DNA from: an uncultured Planctomycetales bacterium
GTDB taxonomy: Bacteria > Omnitrophota > Gorgyraeia > Gygaellales > Profunditerraquicolaceae
Length of the DNA stretch: 51,901 nucleotides
Reading direction: 5' to 3'
Assembly (NCBI GenBank): GCA_964593005.1
Contig: CAZQGT010000001.1
Location: 1 to 51,901, forward strand
The translations under genes and the position numbers were made by a program. This document shows, one piece after another, positions 1-10,071 of this stretch. Under the pieces are notes generated by a model. That model saw only the letters and a program-made list of their open reading frames with translations, ran no database searches and was not told where the DNA came from. Position 1 is the first letter of the stretch. The number at the start of each line of letters is the position of its first letter.

Positions 1-1166
1 AGCATTTAAACTGGTCTTTGGCAGATAATTTAGGCAACAACCTGCTTAATCCCGGAGAAACCCCCGAAGATAACCTTCAGTTTTTAGCTGTGTTAGTTGC
101 GGTCTTGAGGGCAGTATACACCCATGGGGATTTATTACGCGCTTCAGTTGCCTTAGCCGGCAACGAACACCGCTTAGGCGCTAATGAAGCCCCTCCGGCA
201 ATTATCAGCGTTTTCTTAGGCGAACAGTTAACCAGGGTACTGGATATGCTGGAAAAAGGGGCAAAAGCCAAGGTTTCCAAACGCGACATTATTGATTTGG
301 GTATTGCGCGTTTGCCTAAATTCAACAAGGATTCTACCGACAGGAACCGGACTTCGCCTTTTGCCTTTACCGGAGTTAAATTTGAATTTCGCGCGGTCGG
401 TTCTTCACAAAATATCTCAACTTCAATTGCGGTAATTAATACTATTATCGCTGAGAGCCTGGATTATGTTTCAGCTGAGATTAAGAAAGTTACCTCAACG
501 GGAAAAGATTTTAATTCCGCTGCTTTAAAGGTGATCAGCGCTATAGTTAAAGAAACCAAAGATATCCGTTTTGAAGGCAATAATTATTCGCAGGAGTGGT
601 TAAGGGAGGCGAAGAAGAGGGGACTGGCGAATGTTGCCTCAACCTACAAGGCTTTGGAGGCTTTAACGGAAAACAGGAATATTGCCCTTTTTGAAAAGTA
701 CAAAGTATTATCAAAAGAGGAGCTTCTTGCCCGTTACCATATTTGGATCCATATGTATAACTTGACCCTAGAGATTGAAGCCAATACTTTGAATGAAATG
801 GTGAATGCCTCGGTTGTCCCGGCGGGCTATAAATATGAGAAACTCCTTGCCCGCACGCTTAATGAATTAGTGGGTTTGAAAAAAACAGCCGGGCTTAAAG
901 TTAATCCGGCTGCACTTGAAGACAAGAAAGTGCACTTAAGCGATATTGTCTCCAAGATTTATTATGTCAGGCGTAATACCGCTGAAATGGTCAATTTGCT
1001 TGAAAAGGCGAAAAAAGTAAGCGATGAAAAACGCGCGGAACTTTATTTTGAAGAACTTAAGCCATTAATGGAGCATATCCGCAGGCATGTGGATGCCTTA
1101 GAGTGTGTTGTCCCGGATGATACCTGGGATTTGCCTAAGTATAGAGAGATGTTATTCATTAAGTAA
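1..1166 (+). CDS. glnN: Glutamine synthetase type III, C-terminal part (5' end outside window)
   Basis: The frame is open from the window edge, with no stop upstream of the TTG at 18. It contains DRNRTSPFAFTGVKFEFRAVGSSQNIS, which matches the signature block I recall for GSIII-type glutamine synthetases. A strong hairpin terminator follows. Confidence 0.85.
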   Translation, partial: HLNWSLADNLGNNLLNPGETPEDNLQFLAVLVAVLRAVYTHGDLLRASVALAGNEHRLGANEAPPAIISVFLGEQLTRVLDMLEKGAKAKVSKRDIIDLGIARLPKFNKDSTDRNRTSPFAFTGVKFEFRAVGSSQNISTSIAVINTIIAESLDYVSAEIKKVTSTGKDFNSAALKVISAIVKETKDIRFEGNNYSQEWLREAKKRGLANVASTYKALEALTENRNIALFEKYKVLSKEELLARYHIWIHMYNLTLEIEANTLNEMVNASVVPAGYKYEKLLARTLNELVGLKKTAGLKVNPAALEDKKVHLSDIVSKIYYVRRNTAEMVNLLEKAKKVSDEKRAELYFEELKPLMEHIRRHVDALECVVPDDTWDLPKYREMLFIK

Positions 1167-1174
1167 AAGGGAGC

Positions 1175-1203
1175 AAGTACGCCTCTATAGAGGCGTACTT
1201 TTA
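1175..1203 (+). terminator. Rho-independent terminator after glnN
   Basis: AAGTACGCCTCT / AGAGGCGTACTT is a near-perfect inverted repeat, followed by a T-rich tail. Confidence 0.7.
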
Positions 1204-1234
1204 TAAATAAGGCTGCTTAATATTTATACAAAAA

Positions 1235-1483
1235 ATGATGGATGACGAGGCAAGAGAGATAGAGAAGGCGCTTTTAGAGTTAGACCGGATTTTCCTGAAG
1301 GGCAAAGAAGGCAGGATTTATCATGTTATGCTGGATGCGCTGGATAAATCGTTAATCACTAATACCCTGGCGATAACTTTTGGAAACCAGATAAAGGCAG
1401 CCAGGTTACTGGGGATAAATAGAAATACCCTGCGCGCTAAAATCAAGAAGCTGGGGATTTCTTTGGATGAGGTTAAGACATGA
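1235..1483 (+). CDS. Small Fis-family (HTH_8) DNA-binding protein
   Basis: 82 aa. The C-terminal GNQIKAARLLGINRNTLRAKIKKLGI is the classic Fis/NtrC-type helix-turn-helix. Its stop overlaps the gltB start (ATGA at 1480-1483). Confidence 0.75.
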   Translation: MMDDEAREIEKALLELDRIFLKGKEGRIYHVMLDALDKSLITNTLAITFGNQIKAARLLGINRNTLRAKIKKLGISLDEVKT

Positions 1484-4400
1484 AAGCTCAAGGTTTATAC
1501 GAACCTGCGTTTGAACATGATGCCTGTGGTGTAGGGTTTGTTTGCGATATTAAAGGCCGGAAATCAAATACCATAGTAAAGCAGGGTATTGAGGTTTTAC
1601 ACCGCCTTTCGCATCGCGGGGCAGTGGGCGCGGATCCCAAGACTGGTGATGGAGCGGGGATTTTAATTCAGATCCCCCACGCTTTTTTTAAGAAGATCAG
1701 CCGGAGTGTTAAAATCAGCTTGCCTGAACCCGGCGGGTATGGCACGGGCCTGGTATTTCTACCTCAGGATCCCGAAGAGCGTGATTTCTGCAAGCAGGTT
1801 TTTATGGAAATAACCAGCCAGGAAGGCCAGGTTCTTTTAGGCTGGCGAAATGTGCCGATAGACGACTCGGATATCGGGGAAGGCGCTAAGAAGACACAGC
1901 CTGTTTTTGAGCAGGTTTTCATCGCCAGGGGTAGGAATATAGATGACGAAATGATTTTTGAAAGAAAACTATATGTAATCAGGAGGAGAGTTGAGAATGC
2001 CATACTTGATTCTGAACTAAAGCAAAAAAACTCGTTTTACATAACCAATATTTCCTGCCGCACTCTCTCCTATAAAGGTTTGCTTATGCCGAAACAGATA
2101 GACAATTTCTTCCTGGACTTAAAATGCGATGGGGTAGAAAGCGCCCTATGCTTGGTGCATTCACGTTATTCAACCAATACGTTTCCTACCTGGAACCTGG
2201 CCCAGCCTTTCCGTTTTTTGGCGCATAACGGAGAAATTAATACATTGCGCGGTAATGTTAACGGGGTAAGAGCCAGGGAGCGCCTGCTTGCCAGCGAGTT
2301 ATTCGGTATGGACATTGAGAAGTTAAAGCCCATTATAATTGAGGGGGGCAGCGACTCCGCGGCAATTGATAACCTATTTGAACTTCTGGTTTTATCCGGT
2401 AGGTCACTTGAACATGCGATGATGATGCTGATTCCTGCAGCATGGGAGCATGACCGGTTTATGAATAAAGAGCTAAGGGATTTTTATAAATACCATGCCT
2501 GTTTTATGGAGCCCTGGGATGGCCCGGCGGCAGTGGCGTTTACAGACGGAAAAAATATCGGAGCGATCCTGGATAGGAATGGCCTGCGGCCTGCGCGCTA
2601 TATCGTAACAAAAAAAGACTTTGTGGTTATGGCAAGCGAAGTCGGGGTTTTAGATATAGCGCCTGAAGATATCAAGGTTTCCGGCAGGCTTGAGCCGGGC
2701 AAGATGTTTTTTATCAATACCGAATCCGGCCGGATAATTGAAGACTCCGAGATTAAACAGGCTGTATCAAGCCGTTCTGCATATGGTAAATGGAACGAAG
2801 ACGCTATGGTGGATTTGGATAAGCTTGTGGCAAGCGCTCAATCAACGAGGACGCCGCATGGCTTGCTGGAAAACTTCAAAGCCTTCGGTTATTCAAGAGA
2901 AGACCTGAAGATGATTATCAAGCCTATGGCCGTGGAAGCCAAAGAGCCTGTAGGCTCTATGGGCAGTGATATCCCGCACGCCTTTTTATCTTCTAAACCG
3001 CAGGTACTCTATACTTATTTTAAGCAGTTGTTTGCTCAGGTAACTAACCCCCCTATAGACTCAATAAGGGAAAAGCTTGTGATGAGCCTGGAGAGTTTTA
3101 TCGGGCCGGAGCAAAATATACTGGAGGAGAGCCCCAGGCATAGTCATAAACTCCGGGTAAGAAATCCTATTCTTACAAATGCAGAACTTGAAAAAATACG
3201 CGATATCAGCATAAACAGTTTCAAGGCCAAGACCATCTATACTTTTTTTGATGCCTCAAGCGGCAGGGATGGTTTTGTGCGCAGCCTGGAGAGGGTTTGT
3301 TTTGAAGCGGAATATGCGATAGAGCAGGGTTATTCATTCATTATTTTAAGCGACCGCGGAACAGATAAGGATAATATTGCCTTGCCCGCGCTTTTGGCAA
3401 CAAGTGCTATTCATCAATACCTGGTGAAGAAAACCATACGTTCGCAGGTGGCTTTAATTGTGGAAAGCGCAGAGCCGAAAGAGGTGCATCATTTCGCCCT
3501 GCTTTTTGGTTTTGGCGCGGATTGCGTAAATCCTTATCTTGCGTATGAGGCGGTAAATTATCTTATCGCGGAAAAAGAGATTAAGCTGGATTCTGAGGAC
3601 GCCCTGAAGAATTACAATAAAGCGTTGACTGACGGGATCTTAAAGATTCTTTCTAAGATGGGTATATCTACGCTTAGAAGCTACCGCGGCGCGCAGATAT
3701 TTGAGGCCCTGGGCTTGAGCAGTGAATTCGTGGAGAAATATTTCACCGGCACCGTGTCGCGTATCGGAGGAGTAGGCCTTGAAGGCATAATAGAAGAAAC
3801 CATCCAGAGGCACAAGGATACTTATGCCGAAAGAGCCGCCGGTGAAGTTTATTTGACAAGCGGAGGAGTATACCAGTGGAAAAGGGATGGAGAATTCCAC
3901 CTCTGGAATCCGCAGAGCATATCCGCTTTACAAGATGCTACGCGCAATGCGGATTATAATAAATACATGGAGTTTGCGGATTTGATTAATAACCAATCAG
4001 GAAATCCGGTTACTTTAAGAAGCCTGCTTAATTTTAAGAAAACAAATCCTGTGCCTATTGAGGATGTTGAGCCGGCAGAGAAAATCTTAAAGCGTTTTGT
4101 TACAGGGGCAATGAGTTTTGGTTCAATAAGCGGTTCGGCGCATGAGACAATTGCTATCGCCATGAACCGCATAGGAGGTAAATCTAATACCGGAGAAGGC
4201 GGAGAGGACCCCAACAGGTTTATTACTTTACCTAACGGCGATTCCAGAAGGAGCGCCATAAAACAAGTTGCCTCCGGCAGGTTTGGGGTAACTATAAATT
4301 ATTTAGTTAACGCCGATGAAATACAGATAAAGATTGCTCAGGGGGCTAAACCTGGAGAAGGAGGGCAGTTGCCCGGGCATAAGGTAAGCGGGATAATTGC

Positions 4401-5994
4401 CCGGACCAGGTATACAACTCCGGGGGTAACATTGATTTCGCCTCCTCCGCATCATGATATATATTCTATTGAAGATCTTGCCCAGCTTATCTTTGATTTA
4501 AAAAATGCAAATCCCAAAGCCCGGGTGAGCGTAAAGCTTGTTTCTGAAGTGGGGGTAGGTACTGTTGCAGCCGGCGTGGCAAAGGGGCACGCGGATATGA
4601 TTCTTATTTCGGGAGGGGATGGCGGAACAGGCGCATCTCCCAGAAGCTCAATAAGATATGCCGGGTTACCATGGGAATTGGGTCTTTCAGAAACACACCA
4701 GACGCTATTGTTGAATAATCTGCGCTCAAGAGTGCGCTTGCAGGCTGATGGACAAATGCGCACTGGAAGGGACGTGGCAATCGCTGCCTTGTTGGGGGCG
4801 GAGGAATATGGTTTTTGTTCGGCAATACTGGTTGTAATCGGATGCGTGATGTTACGGCATTGCCATCTTAATAATTGTTCAGTTGGCGTGGCTACACAAG
4901 ATGATATACTGCAAAAAAGGTTTAGCGGCAGGCCGGAGTATATTGTCAATTACTTTAATTTCATAGTCGCTGAGCTGCGTGAAATTATGGCAAGCCTGGG
5001 GTTAAGGAGCATAGATGAAATGATCGGTAGGACGGATCTTTTGGAATTAAACCGGGGAATTGTCCCTGCGAAGGCCAGCCAGATAGATTATTCGCGGATC
5101 CTTTACAGGCCGGAGCTCTCCGAAGATGTCGGACGTTATTACAAAGTTAAACAAGACAGCTCGTTGGATTCGGTCTTGGATAGAAAGTTGATTGAGATAT
5201 GGGAGGATCGTGTTAAGAAAAACCTCCCGGTAAAGATTGCGCTTGGTGTCAATAACACTGATAGGGCTGTGGGCGCGATGTTAAGCGGAGAGGTTTGTAA
5301 GAGATGCGGAGAAGGGGTATTACTGGAGGATTCCATAGTTTGTAAATTTGACGGTATTGCCGGGCAAAGTTTCGGCGCATTTTTAGCAAAGGGGATTACC
5401 TTTGAATTAGAGGGTATGGCTAATGATTATGTGGGAAAAGGGATTTCCGGAGGGAAGATTATCATATACCCTAATAGAAAAGTTGACTATAAATCGGACG
5501 AGAATATAATTGCGGGAAACACTTCTTTTTATGGGGCCATATCAGGGGAGGCCTATATAAGCGGCGTAGCAGGAGAAAGGTTTTGTGTGAGGAATTCCGG
5601 TTTATACGCTGTTGTTGAAGGAGTGGGCGACCATGGCTGTGAATATATGACTGGCGGCAGGGTGATTATTTTGGGGAAGACAGGGAATAATTTTGCCGCC
5701 GGCATGTCTGGCGGAATAGCCTATGTGTATGATGAAGACGCCACATTTAAACAAAGATGTAACCTGGATATGGTTGAATTGGAGAGAATAAAAGAATCTG
5801 ATAAAGATACAATATACCATTTGCTTAGCAACCACTTTAAGTATACAAAGAGCATTAAGGCCAAAATTATTTTAGATAACCTTCATGATCAACTTAGGAA
5901 ATTTGTCAGGGTTATGCCGGTAGAGTATAAGCGTATTTTAGAAGGGGCCAAGATTGAGAAGAAACTTGATATCGCGGAGGATCTCGATGGGTGA
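1480..5994 (+). CDS. gltB: Glutamate synthase large subunit
   Basis: 1504 aa. It has an N-terminal Ntn-amidotransferase start (FEHDACGVGFV), the central FMN/3Fe-4S region (GAMSFGSIS, SNTGEGGE, KIAQGAKPGEGGQLPG, ISPPPHHDIYSIEDL) and the C-terminal GXGXG beta-helix domain. Confidence 0.97.
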   Translation: MKAQGLYEPAFEHDACGVGFVCDIKGRKSNTIVKQGIEVLHRLSHRGAVGADPKTGDGAGILIQIPHAFFKKISRSVKISLPEPGGYGTGLVFLPQDPEERDFCKQVFMEITSQEGQVLLGWRNVPIDDSDIGEGAKKTQPVFEQVFIARGRNIDDEMIFERKLYVIRRRVENAILDSELKQKNSFYITNISCRTLSYKGLLMPKQIDNFFLDLKCDGVESALCLVHSRYSTNTFPTWNLAQPFRFLAHNGEINTLRGNVNGVRARERLLASELFGMDIEKLKPIIIEGGSDSAAIDNLFELLVLSGRSLEHAMMMLIPAAWEHDRFMNKELRDFYKYHACFMEPWDGPAAVAFTDGKNIGAILDRNGLRPARYIVTKKDFVVMASEVGVLDIAPEDIKVSGRLEPGKMFFINTESGRIIEDSEIKQAVSSRSAYGKWNEDAMVDLDKLVASAQSTRTPHGLLENFKAFGYSREDLKMIIKPMAVEAKEPVGSMGSDIPHAFLSSKPQVLYTYFKQLFAQVTNPPIDSIREKLVMSLESFIGPEQNILEESPRHSHKLRVRNPILTNAELEKIRDISINSFKAKTIYTFFDASSGRDGFVRSLERVCFEAEYAIEQGYSFIILSDRGTDKDNIALPALLATSAIHQYLVKKTIRSQVALIVESAEPKEVHHFALLFGFGADCVNPYLAYEAVNYLIAEKEIKLDSEDALKNYNKALTDGILKILSKMGISTLRSYRGAQIFEALGLSSEFVEKYFTGTVSRIGGVGLEGIIEETIQRHKDTYAERAAGEVYLTSGGVYQWKRDGEFHLWNPQSISALQDATRNADYNKYMEFADLINNQSGNPVTLRSLLNFKKTNPVPIEDVEPAEKILKRFVTGAMSFGSISGSAHETIAIAMNRIGGKSNTGEGGEDPNRFITLPNGDSRRSAIKQVASGRFGVTINYLVNADEIQIKIAQGAKPGEGGQLPGHKVSGIIARTRYTTPGVTLISPPPHHDIYSIEDLAQLIFDLKNANPKARVSVKLVSEVGVGTVAAGVAKGHADMILISGGDGGTGASPRSSIRYAGLPWELGLSETHQTLLLNNLRSRVRLQADGQMRTGRDVAIAALLGAEEYGFCSAILVVIGCVMLRHCHLNNCSVGVATQDDILQKRFSGRPEYIVNYFNFIVAELREIMASLGLRSIDEMIGRTDLLELNRGIVPAKASQIDYSRILYRPELSEDVGRYYKVKQDSSLDSVLDRKLIEIWEDRVKKNLPVKIALGVNNTDRAVGAMLSGEVCKRCGEGVLLEDSIVCKFDGIAGQSFGAFLAKGITFELEGMANDYVGKGISGGKIIIYPNRKVDYKSDENIIAGNTSFYGAISGEAYISGVAGERFCVRNSGLYAVVEGVGDHGCEYMTGGRVIILGKTGNNFAAGMSGGIAYVYDEDATFKQRCNLDMVELERIKESDKDTIYHLLSNHFKYTKSIKAKIILDNLHDQLRKFVRVMPVEYKRILEGAKIEKKLDIAEDLDG

Positions 5995-7432
5995 GGAACG
6001 GGGTTTCCTGAAATTAGGCCGGCAGGCAGGTTGTTACAGGCAGGTTTGCGAGCGGGTTAAAGATTTCAAAGATGTTTATAGGATACGCTCGGAAAGCCAA
6101 TCGCAGGAACAGGCAAGCCGCTGTATGGATTGCTCAACTCCTTTTTGCCATTGGGCATGTCCGATAGGTAATTATATCCCGGAGTGGAATGACCATATGT
6201 TTGGGGGGAACTGGAAACAGGCGCTCAGCTTATTGGAGGCATCCAACAATCTTCCTGAAATAACCGGCCGGGTTTGTCCGGCTTTATGTGAATATTCCTG
6301 TGTTCTCGGGTTGAATGATCAGCCGGTTACCATAAGAGAAAATGAACTAGCGATTATAGAGGCAGGATTTAAGAATGGATTAATTAAACCATATCATATA
6401 GAGAGCAGGACCGGGAAAAAGGTTGCGGTTATAGGTTCAGGGCCTTCGGGTTTATCCTGCGCAGCACAACTTAACAGGGCAGGGCATAATGTAACTGTTT
6501 TTGAACGGGATAATAAGCCGGGAGGGATTTTGCGTTACGGTATCCCGGATTTTAAATTGGAAAAAAACATTTTAGACAGGCGTCTTGATATCTGGAGAGA
6601 AGAAGGGGTTGTTTTTAAAACAGGCATAAATATAGGCGTAAATTATTCTGTGGATAAGCTCCTGTCTGATTTTGATGCGCTATGTCTGGCAGGTGGCTGC
6701 CGCGTTCCAAGAGACCTTAAGGTTGAAGGAAGACAGTTAAAGGGTATATATTTTGCCATGGATTATCTTACTCAATCTAACCGGAGGGTTGCCGGAGATA
6801 AGATTCCGGAAGAAGAATTAATTGATGCTAAAGGCAAAAAAGTGGTAGTTATCGGCGGAGGAGATAGTGGCTCTGATTGCGTGGGTACTGCTCATCGCCA
6901 AGGCGCCTCTTGCGTAGTGCAAATTGAAGTTTTGCCTCGGCCAGCTGAATGCAGGGATTCATCGCAACCTTGGCCAAACTACCCTTTGATTTTAAAAATA
7001 TCAACAAGCCATGAAGAGGGCGGAGAGCGGCAATGGCAGGTATTAACCAAGCGTTTCATAGGGCAAAAGAATCATGTTAAGAAAATCTCTTGTGTAAAAG
7101 TTGAATTTTTCCCTGCAAACGGTAAAGCCTGCCCTGTTATGCGGGAGATTCCCGGGAGTGAGTTTGAAATCAGCGTCGACTTGGTCATTCTTGCCGTAGG
7201 TTTTCTCCATCCTGAACAATCAGGCCTGCTTAATGAACTTAAGGTTGAATTTGACAGCCGCGGAAATGTTATGACCGATAAGAATTATGCGACTTCGCTT
7301 AAGAATGTGTTTTCCGCAGGGGATATGAGGCGCGGGCAGTCGCTGGTAGTTTGGGCTATCGCCGAAGGAAGGCGCTGCGCCTATTTTATGGATAAATATT
7401 TAATGGGGCAGAGTAATTTACCGGTTATATAA
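5987..7432 (+). CDS. gltD: Glutamate synthase small subunit (NAD(P)H-dependent)
   Basis: Cys clusters (RCMDCSTPFCHWACP, RVCPALCEYSC), dinucleotide folds (VAVIGSGPSGLSCA, VVVIGGGDSGSDC) and a C-terminal AGDMRRGQSLVVWAI motif. The ATG at 5987 overlaps the gltB stop (ATGGGTGA). The TTG at 5954 in the ORF track looks like an over-extension. Confidence 0.95.
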   Translation: MGEERGFLKLGRQAGCYRQVCERVKDFKDVYRIRSESQSQEQASRCMDCSTPFCHWACPIGNYIPEWNDHMFGGNWKQALSLLEASNNLPEITGRVCPALCEYSCVLGLNDQPVTIRENELAIIEAGFKNGLIKPYHIESRTGKKVAVIGSGPSGLSCAAQLNRAGHNVTVFERDNKPGGILRYGIPDFKLEKNILDRRLDIWREEGVVFKTGINIGVNYSVDKLLSDFDALCLAGGCRVPRDLKVEGRQLKGIYFAMDYLTQSNRRVAGDKIPEEELIDAKGKKVVVIGGGDSGSDCVGTAHRQGASCVVQIEVLPRPAECRDSSQPWPNYPLILKISTSHEEGGERQWQVLTKRFIGQKNHVKKISCVKVEFFPANGKACPVMREIPGSEFEISVDLVILAVGFLHPEQSGLLNELKVEFDSRGNVMTDKNYATSLKNVFSAGDMRRGQSLVVWAIAEGRRCAYFMDKYLMGQSNLPVI

Positions 7433-7444
7433 AGGAGCGCGAAA

Positions 7445-10012
7445 ATGATAAGCACGGGTATAAGAGGTTTAGATAGTGTAATTACCGGTTTAAGGCTGGG
7501 GGATAATGTAGTCTGGCAGATAGACGATATGGATGATTATGCCAACCTTGTAAAACCTTTTGTGCGCCAGGCCTTAAAAGAAAAAAAGAGGATCGTCTAT
7601 ATGAGGTTCGCAACACATAAAGAGTTGATTAAGCCATCCAGGCAGATAAAGCGGTATGAGCTTAATGCCCAGGCCGGGTTTGAATCCTTTACCGCCAAAG
7701 TAAATAATATTATTACGCAAGAAGGCGAAGGGGCCTATTATGTATTTGATTGCTTATCAGAGCTGCTCTCTGCCTGGGCAACAGACCTTATGATAGGCAA
7801 CTTTTTTATGGTAACCTGTCCGTATCTTTATGAACTCAAGACAGTAACCTATTTTTCTATTCTCCGGAATAACCATTCGTTTAAATCCATAGCCCGTATA
7901 CGCGAAACAACCCAACTGCTTATGGATGTATACCATTGCGAGGGGAATTTTTATATCCATCCCCTTAAAGTGTGGAACCGGTATTCTCCGACTATGTTCC
8001 TCCCATATCAAAAGGAAGGGGATAACTTTGTTCCGATTACCGACAGCGTTAATGCCGTTGAAATATTATCGCATATCCGCAGGAGGGGAGCGGAGAATGC
8101 CAAGAGAAACCTGGATTACTGGGACCGCCTATTTTTAGAAGTGGAGTCTCTGGTAAAGAACAAATCTTTGCTGAAGCAGAAGAAAGAAATGGTAAAGCGG
8201 CTTTGCAATTTAATGCTTTCCAAGAATAAAAAAATACTCTCGCTTGCGGTAAGTAACTTTTCACTGGAGGAACTGGTTGAGATAAAATCCCGCTTAATCG
8301 GTACGGGCTTTATCGGCGGCAAGACTGTAGGAATGCTGTTAGCCCGCAAGATACTTTCAAAGGATAAGCTGCTTAACTGGGATAAACTTTCAGAGCCGCA
8401 TGACTCTTTCTATATAGGTTCAGATATATTCTATTCGTTTATTGTGCACAACCGATGGTGGAAGCTGCATATGCAGCAGAAAAGTGAAGCGGGGTATTTT
8501 AATATCGCCAAGGTACTTAAAGAAAAAATGCTTTATGGCGTATTTCCTGAAGAGATAATGGAGCGTTTTCAGCAAATCGTGGAATATTTTGGTTCCTCCC
8601 CGATGATCATCCGCTCAAGCTCCCTTTTGGAGGATGATTTTGGCAATGCCTTCGCTGGTAAATACGAAAGCATCTTTTTAGCCAACCAGGGCAGCCCGGA
8701 ACAAAGATATATCCAATTTGCCGAGGCGGTAAAGAAGATATATGCCAGTACTATGAATGAAGACGCTCTGGTATACAGAAAACAGAGAGGGCTGGATAAG
8801 TCAGATGAGCAGATGGCCCTTCTGGTGCAGCGTGTTTCCGGTGCGCACCACAAAAACTACTTTTTCCCGGATTTGGCCGGAGTGGGCGTTTCTTACAACA
8901 CCTATGTTTGGAATAAAAACATTGATCCTGAAGCAGGGATGCTTAGACTTGTATTCGGCTTAGGTACTAGGGCAGTTAACCGGGTTGAAGGGGACTATCC
9001 AAGGATGGCGGCATTAAGCGAGCCGTTGCGCAGGCCTTATGCGGAGAAGGATGATATAAGGAAATATTCGCAGCATATGGTAGACATTATTAATACAAAA
9101 GATAATACTTTTCAGGCTATACCTTTTGAGAAGCTGATTAGCGAAAAATCTTTTTCAAATGTTGAGCTGGTGGCTGTTAAAGATGATGAGGCTAAGCGTA
9201 TGATGGAAGAGAGGGGGATGGGAGATAAGGATTATTGGATATTGACCCTTGATAAAGTCCTTGAAAATAAACCGCTGGTAAATTCATTGAAATCAATATT
9301 AGGGCTACTTGAGTTAACTTATCACTATCCCGTGGAAATCGAATTTACAATAAATTTTACAAAGAATAATTCTTTTAAGATAAACCTGTTGCAATGCAGG
9401 CCGCTGCAGACGCGGGGGCTGGGCCTTAAAGTTGAGATGCCTGAGCAGGTGAATAAAAATGACCTGCTTTTTGATTCTCAGGGTTATTTTCTGGGAGGCA
9501 ATATTTCTCAGAAGATTGATTGGGTTATCTATGTTGACCCTGAAAAGTATAATAAACTACTGCTATCGGATAAATATGAGATTGCCCATATTGTCGGGAA
9601 TTTGAACAGGATGATAAAAGATAAAGAAGAGTTGCCCACCCTGCTTATGGGCCCGGGAAGATGGGGGACGACTACTCCGTCTTTGGGAGTACCGGTTAAA
9701 TTTGCCGAGATAAATAATGTTGCCGTGCTTGCAGAGGTGGCTTTTTCAGCCGGTAACCTTATGCCTGAGTTGTCCTTCGGGACGCATTTCTTCCAGGACT
9801 TGGTGGAAACAAATATATTTTACGTAGCTTTATTTCCCGAGAAGGATGATTCGCTGCTTAACCTCTCCTGGTTCAAACAACTAAAGAATTTATTCAGCGA
9901 GCTTATGCCTGAATCTGTGAAATACGAAGAGATCATCGGGGTTTATGATGTCAGCAATAGATCTTTAAGGGTAATGTCGGATGTGGTGTCGCAAAGGGTA
10001 ATTTGCCTTTAA
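7445..10012 (+). CDS. PEP/pyruvate-binding (PPDK_N-type ATP-grasp) domain protein with an N-terminal RecA/KaiC-like domain lacking a P-loop
   Basis: AAGGAG RBS 6 nt upstream of the ATG. IGGKTVGMLLARKIL and IIRSSSLLEDDFGNAFAGKYESIF match the nucleotide-binding domain of PEP synthase/PPDK. I saw no phosphohistidine TSH swivel motif. The N-terminus GIRGLDSVITGLRLGDNVVW resembles KaiC/RecA-like proteins but has no GxxxxGK[ST]. Confidence 0.8.
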   Translation: MISTGIRGLDSVITGLRLGDNVVWQIDDMDDYANLVKPFVRQALKEKKRIVYMRFATHKELIKPSRQIKRYELNAQAGFESFTAKVNNIITQEGEGAYYVFDCLSELLSAWATDLMIGNFFMVTCPYLYELKTVTYFSILRNNHSFKSIARIRETTQLLMDVYHCEGNFYIHPLKVWNRYSPTMFLPYQKEGDNFVPITDSVNAVEILSHIRRRGAENAKRNLDYWDRLFLEVESLVKNKSLLKQKKEMVKRLCNLMLSKNKKILSLAVSNFSLEELVEIKSRLIGTGFIGGKTVGMLLARKILSKDKLLNWDKLSEPHDSFYIGSDIFYSFIVHNRWWKLHMQQKSEAGYFNIAKVLKEKMLYGVFPEEIMERFQQIVEYFGSSPMIIRSSSLLEDDFGNAFAGKYESIFLANQGSPEQRYIQFAEAVKKIYASTMNEDALVYRKQRGLDKSDEQMALLVQRVSGAHHKNYFFPDLAGVGVSYNTYVWNKNIDPEAGMLRLVFGLGTRAVNRVEGDYPRMAALSEPLRRPYAEKDDIRKYSQHMVDIINTKDNTFQAIPFEKLISEKSFSNVELVAVKDDEAKRMMEERGMGDKDYWILTLDKVLENKPLVNSLKSILGLLELTYHYPVEIEFTINFTKNNSFKINLLQCRPLQTRGLGLKVEMPEQVNKNDLLFDSQGYFLGGNISQKIDWVIYVDPEKYNKLLLSDKYEIAHIVGNLNRMIKDKEELPTLLMGPGRWGTTTPSLGVPVKFAEINNVAVLAEVAFSAGNLMPELSFGTHFFQDLVETNIFYVALFPEKDDSLLNLSWFKQLKNLFSELMPESVKYEEIIGVYDVSNRSLRVMSDVVSQRVICL

Positions 10013-10071
10013 GCAGAAAAATGTAACTTATAATTAATCCAACTCGGTTTTCTTTAAAAAAAGGGGGGTAA

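Noticed and set aside
3640-5835. Minus-strand ORFs inside gltB (e.g. 3954-4259, 4452-4949, 5602-5835)
   Set aside because: These are shadow ORFs opposite a very strongly supported gene. They have low-complexity translations and no motifs.
5954-5986. The TTG start at 5954 for gltD given by the ORF track
   Set aside because: It would overlap gltB by 41 nt and add a non-conserved MRRNLISRRIS leader. The ATG at 5987 gives the usual ATGxxTGA coupling and the typical MGEERGF N-terminus.
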